Made by a program: the position numbers and the translations under genes. A stretch of DNA of 64,000 bases, from positions 768,001 to 832,000 of the forward strand of contig CBDCGL010000011.1 of the NCBI GenBank assembly GCA_965216755.1. Reading direction: 5' to 3'. The notes under the pieces were generated by a model. That model did not search any database and had not been told where the DNA came from. It was given only the letters and a program-made list of their open reading frames with translations. The first letter of the stretch is position 1, and each line of letters starts with the position of its first letter. This document shows positions 59,026 to 64,000 of this stretch, piece by piece. The DNA comes from Alphaproteobacteria bacterium (GTDB taxonomy: Bacteria; Pseudomonadota; Alphaproteobacteria; UBA7887).

Positions 59026-59826
59026 ATGACCGCGATTGACCGATTGCTCGACATCATGGCGCGGCTTCGCGATCCAGATAAAGGTTGCCCATGGGATTTG
59101 GGGCAGGATTTCTCAACCATCGCACCACACACGATCGAAGAAGCTTACGAAGTCGCAGATGCTATCGAAGGCAACGACATGGCGGCCTTGCGCGACGAAC
59201 TTGGTGACCTGCTGTTCCAGGTCGTTTTTTACGCCCAAATGGGACGCGAGCGTGGCGTGTTTGACTTTGATGCGATCGTGACCGCCATCACGGAAAAGAT
59301 GATCCGGCGCCATCCGCACATATTCGCGGATGCGTCGATCGAATCAGCCGCGGCACAGACGAAATCGTGGGAGAAGTTGAAGGCTGAGGAACGACGCGCG
59401 CGTCACGGTACCGCGCACGAGCCAAGCGCGCTTGATGGCGTGGTCACTGGATTGCCAGCCCTCACCCGTGCCTTGAAACTGCAAACTCGGGCAGCGCGCG
59501 TGGGCTTTGACTGGCCACATGTCGAGCAAGTTTTTGACAAGCTATTCGAAGAGATTTCCGAGCTCCGCCAGGCATTTGGCGAACCGGCGCAGATGGAGAT
59601 GGTCGCCGAAGAGCTTGGTGATGTTCTATTTGTGTGCGCGAACTTGGCACGACATGGTGGTGTCGATCCCGAATCCGCACTGCGTAAGGCGAATAAGAAA
59701 TTTGAACGTCGATTCAAACGCATAGAAGAGCTACTTGCAGAAAATGGCAAGCGGCCGGAAGACAGCGATCTGGCGGAAATGGATTCGCTTTGGTCGCAAG
59801 CCAAGGCCGAAGAGCGACGGGGTTAG
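59026..59826 (+). CDS. mazG: Nucleoside triphosphate pyrophosphohydrolase MazG
   Basis: LRDPDKGCPWD, EEAYEV, ELGDLL, RRHPH, GFDW, EELGD. Confidence 0.95.
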   Translation: MTAIDRLLDIMARLRDPDKGCPWDLGQDFSTIAPHTIEEAYEVADAIEGNDMAALRDELGDLLFQVVFYAQMGRERGVFDFDAIVTAITEKMIRRHPHIFADASIESAAAQTKSWEKLKAEERRARHGTAHEPSALDGVVTGLPALTRALKLQTRAARVGFDWPHVEQVFDKLFEEISELRQAFGEPAQMEMVAEELGDVLFVCANLARHGGVDPESALRKANKKFERRFKRIEELLAENGKRPEDSDLAEMDSLWSQAKAEERRG

Positions 59827-59840
59827 GACAAGCCGGCCGC

Positions 59841-59959
59841 CTAGAGCATGTCACGCTCACATGCGTTCGCATGACAGGTTCTATCTAGAGCACTTTCCGA
59901 CCATATTGAATCAATTCAAGTTTATTCAAACGACTCCGTTTGAACGAAGAGTGATCTAG
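59841..59959. repeat. Two tandem short CTAG-bounded palindromic elements (RIME/BRU-RS/MITE-like)
   Basis: 59841-59884 CTAGAGCATGTCA...TGACAGGTTCTA; 59885-59959 CTAGAGCACTTT...AAGAGTGATCTAG with internal TTCAAACG/CGTTTGAA hairpin. Confidence 0.6.
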
Positions 59960-60253
59960 CCCGACCTCGCTGATCCAAAAAAGTCCAATAAATTGACCTC
60001 GCGTCTTCGGACCACAAACGGTTTTGTGTTGATGTCGTTCAATTCGCGCCTACTGAGACGGATTCGGCGCCCCATTTGAAACGGGACCGGCCAACACGTT
60101 TGCCGCTGGGTGCGCGAGCCTGCCAATGTCGGACCAGTCGCGTGTTAAGTTCCCGACATCTAATTGCACTGGCCGAAAATGCCAGGTTGATGATTGGTAA
60201 AATAACAAAATTCCTGTATGACTTGGAATACTTCGATTCGGGGGTCGAAATAG

Positions 60254-61252
60254 ATGATTTTGCGTTCTGCGGTCGGGATTCGCAATGGCGGCAGTCGGGT
60301 CGTGCGCATTTTTGTTTCCCTTGCCTTGATCACGCTGCTTCTTTTCGTCATCGGGCGCGACGGCTTTGCCGATTACGCCAGCCGAATACCCGCGTCATAC
60401 CTTTTTTTCATCCTCGTTCTATTTACGTTGCAGTTTCTTTTGGTGGTGTGGCGTTGGCGGATGGTGCTGCTCAGCGGTGATGCGCGCGCCGGATATTGGC
60501 AACTCGTCGAAGTTCAGGGCATCAGCACGGTGGCGAACGCTTTCTTGGTTAACGGTATTGGCGGGCTTGCCGTGCGGTTGGCCTTGGTCAAACGCATGGG
60601 CGTGGATCTGTCCGTTGCAGTTGGCGCCACGCTTGTCGAACGCGCGATTACCGTGGTCGTTTTGGCGGTTATGTCGGTCGGCGGATTGCCCCTCATTGCC
60701 GTGCATATTGGACCGCGATGGGTCGCGACTGCCGGGTTCGTCATGACTGTCGTGGTTGCGATTGGTTCGCTGTTTTTTTTGCTTGGTGATCTGCCCGCTT
60801 TGCGCGCGTTGCGTACGCGCTTTGGCCAAATTGTCCAACCAACTTTTGCAGCAATGGGCAAGATGCTTCGCCACCCATCGCGCGTGATCGCCATTGTGGG
60901 CGTCGCAATTTTGGCCCAGGCTGTCTATTTTGGGGCGAGTTATGGCGCGATATTGGCGACTGGTGCAAACATCGAATGGCTCGCATTTTTGGGTGTTATG
61001 CCGGCGGTCGCACTGATTGCAAGCTTGCCAATTAGTGTAGGTGGATGGGGCACGCGCGAGGGCGCCATGGTGGCGGGACTGTCTCTGATCGGTGTCGACG
61101 CCGGAGCGGCCTTGGTCGCGTCGGTCATCATTGGACTGTTGACAATGATCGCCGCAGTTCCCGCCTGTATGCTTAGCGTTGTTGCGCGACGCGGCAAATG
61201 GTCGGCACGTACATATTTGGCGAGCCAGACCGAAACACCGACCGCGCGCTAG
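60254..61252 (+). CDS. Lysylphosphatidylglycerol synthase TM-region (UPF0104 flippase-like) protein
   Basis: WRWR, LVER, SLPISVGGWGTREG motif; multi-TM; start uncertain. Confidence 0.85.
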   Translation: MILRSAVGIRNGGSRVVRIFVSLALITLLLFVIGRDGFADYASRIPASYLFFILVLFTLQFLLVVWRWRMVLLSGDARAGYWQLVEVQGISTVANAFLVNGIGGLAVRLALVKRMGVDLSVAVGATLVERAITVVVLAVMSVGGLPLIAVHIGPRWVATAGFVMTVVVAIGSLFFLLGDLPALRALRTRFGQIVQPTFAAMGKMLRHPSRVIAIVGVAILAQAVYFGASYGAILATGANIEWLAFLGVMPAVALIASLPISVGGWGTREGAMVAGLSLIGVDAGAALVASVIIGLLTMIAAVPACMLSVVARRGKWSARTYLASQTETPTAR

Positions 61253-61253
61253 G

Positions 61254-62618
61254 ATGGTCACCGCGAATCTCTCGCCTGATGCGACCGGTGTGACCGTCGC
61301 GGCGTGTTCCAAAATTGATCATCTATCTCCGGGCGATCGCATCGATTTGATCGGTGCCGCACTCGCCGTCGTTCTTGCGATCGCCATACAAGTTCAGTTC
61401 GACATGCCTTTGTGGGGTGGCGTGGTTCGTATTGGTGCGGCCGATCCGGTCGTCCTCATCTTCGGGCTCGCCTTTGTGACATTGCTGTTGCGCCGAAACC
61501 TTGCCGTCAACCCGACTGTGGTTCCCGGGCTCTTGTGGTGGATCGCGGCCATGTTCGCCGCATTGGCGATCGCGCTGATCGTCGGCCGTGTGCATCTCGG
61601 CCAATGGTCTCAATGGGCGATTGCCAATCGCTTTTTCGGCTTTGGTCTCCTGGTGGCGTATTTCTTTGTTGTTGCCTGGTCGATTTCGTTGTTTGGCGAG
61701 TCATGGCGACAATGTTGGATTCTGACTTTTGTCGCGACTTTATGTGTCATCGCGGCTTTGGAGACCGCGTTGATTGTGTCATTTGGTTTGGGCGTTCGCC
61801 TTCCGGTTTGGCACAGCGATTGGCAAGCGATCGGGTTTATGCGCAACCCCAACGCCTTGGCACCGTTGCTTCTTGTTGGCCTTTGTTTGAACTGGGCTTA
61901 CGCGGCCGCCAAGCGCCCCCTATTCTCTCCATTCTGGTCGATGACCGCGACGACCGTTCTGCTTGCCGCGAGCTACTACACCGGTTCGCGCGCGGCGTGG
62001 CTGGCCATCGGTTTGGTCTCGATTTGGGCATTGGCGGTTTGGAAACTGCGCGGCCACCACATCTGGCTACCCACCGTAATAGGCGCCTGTCTGATTTTGA
62101 TGCCCGCTGCGGCGCAATGGATCGCCTATGACGCCTTGGGCGTGTTGTCCGCCGACACGTATAATATCCCTGGGCCAAATCTCAATCATGTCGGTCAACC
62201 CGACGCCATATGGATAGACGGATCCAGCGTTTACCGCATCGAGCAAGCGATCCAAGCTTTGCGTATGTGGTGGGAAGCGCCACTCTTGGGTCGGGGCTTG
62301 GGTGTTTTCTTGGCGTGGGAAGTCGCGCAAAGCGACGCACCTTTGGTCATCCACAACAGCCTGCTTTGGCTGTTGGCCGAGACCGGTCTTGCGGGTACCG
62401 TTGCGTTTGTCGGTTTCCTGTTCGCGTGTCTTTGGTCATGTTGGCGCAGGTCGACGAACAACCTTGACCCTATTTGTCAGGCGATGATTGCCATCATTCT
62501 TTCTGTGGGAGTCATGGCCATGTTTCATGATCTACTCTACCAGCGCGTTCTCTGGCTGGTGTTGGCAATTGCCGTGGCACTGCCGGCATCGCAAGGTCGC
62601 GTGCGAGGCAGCCGGTAA
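61254..62618 (+). CDS. O-antigen ligase/polymerase (Wzy_C) family protein
   Basis: RNPNA, TGSRAAW, PLLGRGLG, HNSLLWLLAETGLAG; many TM segments. Confidence 0.82.
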   Translation: MVTANLSPDATGVTVAACSKIDHLSPGDRIDLIGAALAVVLAIAIQVQFDMPLWGGVVRIGAADPVVLIFGLAFVTLLLRRNLAVNPTVVPGLLWWIAAMFAALAIALIVGRVHLGQWSQWAIANRFFGFGLLVAYFFVVAWSISLFGESWRQCWILTFVATLCVIAALETALIVSFGLGVRLPVWHSDWQAIGFMRNPNALAPLLLVGLCLNWAYAAAKRPLFSPFWSMTATTVLLAASYYTGSRAAWLAIGLVSIWALAVWKLRGHHIWLPTVIGACLILMPAAAQWIAYDALGVLSADTYNIPGPNLNHVGQPDAIWIDGSSVYRIEQAIQALRMWWEAPLLGRGLGVFLAWEVAQSDAPLVIHNSLLWLLAETGLAGTVAFVGFLFACLWSCWRRSTNNLDPICQAMIAIILSVGVMAMFHDLLYQRVLWLVLAIAVALPASQGRVRGSR

Positions 62619-62620
62619 GT

Positions 62621-63886
62621 GTGGCAACGCCGCGGCTGGTGCTTGAGCGATGGTTCCTGGTCGGCGTATTCGTCATACCCTTTGTCTGCCTTTTCGCTCC
62701 CGGTGGACTAACCATCATCGGCGCCGCGCTCGGTTTCGCGAGCCTGATCGCGGGCGCATGGCGATGTGCGCGATATCATCGAGGCATGTTGCTTCTCGTC
62801 TGCGCCTTCCTGCTGTGGGCCGGTCTGACGACCCTATGGTCAATTGCGCCAGCCGACAGCTTCAGCCGGTGGACGAAAGTAGTTGCTGTGCTTGTTGCGC
62901 TTGCGGCCGCCTTGCTGGCAGTCAACGAACTGGGTTCATCGGCCAGGGCCAATCTGCAAACCACGCTTGCAATTTCTTGGGCCGCCGCGCTTGTTCTCAT
63001 GGCGATCGACACGTTGGTCCTGCATGGCGATATCTTGCACCTGGTGCGGCCGCCCTACGCGGAAAGCGTTTGGACATTTGTACCTTACAAACGGAGTGCG
63101 GCCATGCTGACATTGTTGGCGCCAGCCGTGCTCAGCATTTTGGTTGGACGCGGCCGATTGCTCCTGGCGGCAACTCAGTTGGGCTTGCTCTGCCTTGTGC
63201 TTTGGACAATTTCAGCAACCACTGCCCTGCTCACTTTGATCGCCGGAATATCAACTTTCGGATTGTGCGCTGTTGTGCCGAAATCGTGGCTGCGCGGCGT
63301 ACCCGCGGTCGTCGCGGCGATCATGTTTCTTACGCCAGCTGTGATCATGGTGGTACCGCGTGACATGTCGCCACTGGCCTCGTCTGTTTCAACGTCGGCG
63401 CTTCATCGGGCGGCGATCTGGCGATTTGCTGTTGATCGGATCGCTGAGCGCCCGTTGTTCGGCTGGGGGATGGATAGCAGCCGCGCGATACCCGGCGGGA
63501 AATCGCCTGCGCCACTGGTCCATTGGCTGCGCGCCGGTCACCCCACGGATGCACAACCCGACGATCTGATCCGATATCTGGAAGACACACAGCCCGAGCT
63601 CATGCCCCTTCATCCCCACAACGTAGCGTTACAATGGTGGATGGAGCTTGGTGGCATCGGTGCGGTGCTCGCCGCCCTCGTCACTTGGCGGCTCGGCTTT
63701 GGCGTGGTTTCAACGAATGCCGATCGCTGTCGACCGGCGGCCGGCGCCGCGACCCTTGTCATTGCCATGACTTTGGCTGCGGCGTCCTATGGCGCCTGGC
63801 AAAGCTGGTGGCTTAGTGCCCTCGGAATTACAGCCATCTGCGCCGTGTTCACGTGGTCTGAAAACGAACCGCGCGTCCAAGTTTAG
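62621..63886 (+). CDS. O-antigen ligase (Wzy_C) family protein
   Basis: HRAAIW, RPLFGWG, HPHNVALQWWMELGGIG, WQSWW; many TM segments. Confidence 0.85.
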   Translation: MATPRLVLERWFLVGVFVIPFVCLFAPGGLTIIGAALGFASLIAGAWRCARYHRGMLLLVCAFLLWAGLTTLWSIAPADSFSRWTKVVAVLVALAAALLAVNELGSSARANLQTTLAISWAAALVLMAIDTLVLHGDILHLVRPPYAESVWTFVPYKRSAAMLTLLAPAVLSILVGRGRLLLAATQLGLLCLVLWTISATTALLTLIAGISTFGLCAVVPKSWLRGVPAVVAAIMFLTPAVIMVVPRDMSPLASSVSTSALHRAAIWRFAVDRIAERPLFGWGMDSSRAIPGGKSPAPLVHWLRAGHPTDAQPDDLIRYLEDTQPELMPLHPHNVALQWWMELGGIGAVLAALVTWRLGFGVVSTNADRCRPAAGAATLVIAMTLAAASYGAWQSWWLSALGITAICAVFTWSENEPRVQV

Positions 63887-64000
63887 TTGGCCGACCTGCG
63901 CCGGTTCGCCAGCGCCGCGGGAAAACCGCTGAGGTGACACCGAACTTTCGGAATTGTCCGGCAGAGCGTGTCGATTGATATCCTGGGCAGCGCGTACGGC

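Noticed and set aside
63883-64000. C-terminus of a minus-strand gene entering from the right edge
   Set aside because: Several frames are open and none is recognisable; too little sequence to call.
1-64000. CRISPR array, rRNA, prophage, integrase, transposase or anti-phage defence genes
   Set aside because: No regularly spaced direct repeats or diagnostic motifs were seen by eye.

Overview
A GC-rich chromosomal window from an Alphaproteobacterium, probably Rhodospirillales-like (inferred from gene order, the short flagellin and the CheZ/PleD-type proteins). It has two conserved housekeeping blocks: DUF502/recG-sdhE-mfd-dsbA and mltB-rlpA-dacA-tmk-holB-metG-tatD-MBL-mazG. Between them sit accessory catabolic modules: an atu-like terpene module with a BKACE, a TRAP system facing an opine dehydrogenase/hydroxyacyl-CoA dehydrogenase pair, a fluoroacetate dehalogenase-like hydrolase, and an 8-gene CoA-dependent cluster resembling the bad/ali ring-cleavage genes. 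Signalling and motility genes include a lone flagellin with a sigma54/IHF/ftr promoter, an orphan CheZ, a degenerate PleD/PopA-like protein and a PilZ protein upstream of a NosR/NirI homolog with no nosZ or nirS in view. There is one tRNA-Ser(UGA), followed by about 1.9 kb of hairpin-rich DNA with no credible gene. A secreted caspase-like protease missed by the ORF track runs off the left edge. I saw no CRISPR array, rRNA, integrase or transposase. The best novelty candidates are the non-coding region next to the tRNA, the PilZ + orphan NosR unit, the PopA-like effector and the variant bad/ali cluster. All calls come from reading motifs by eye; no database searches were run.
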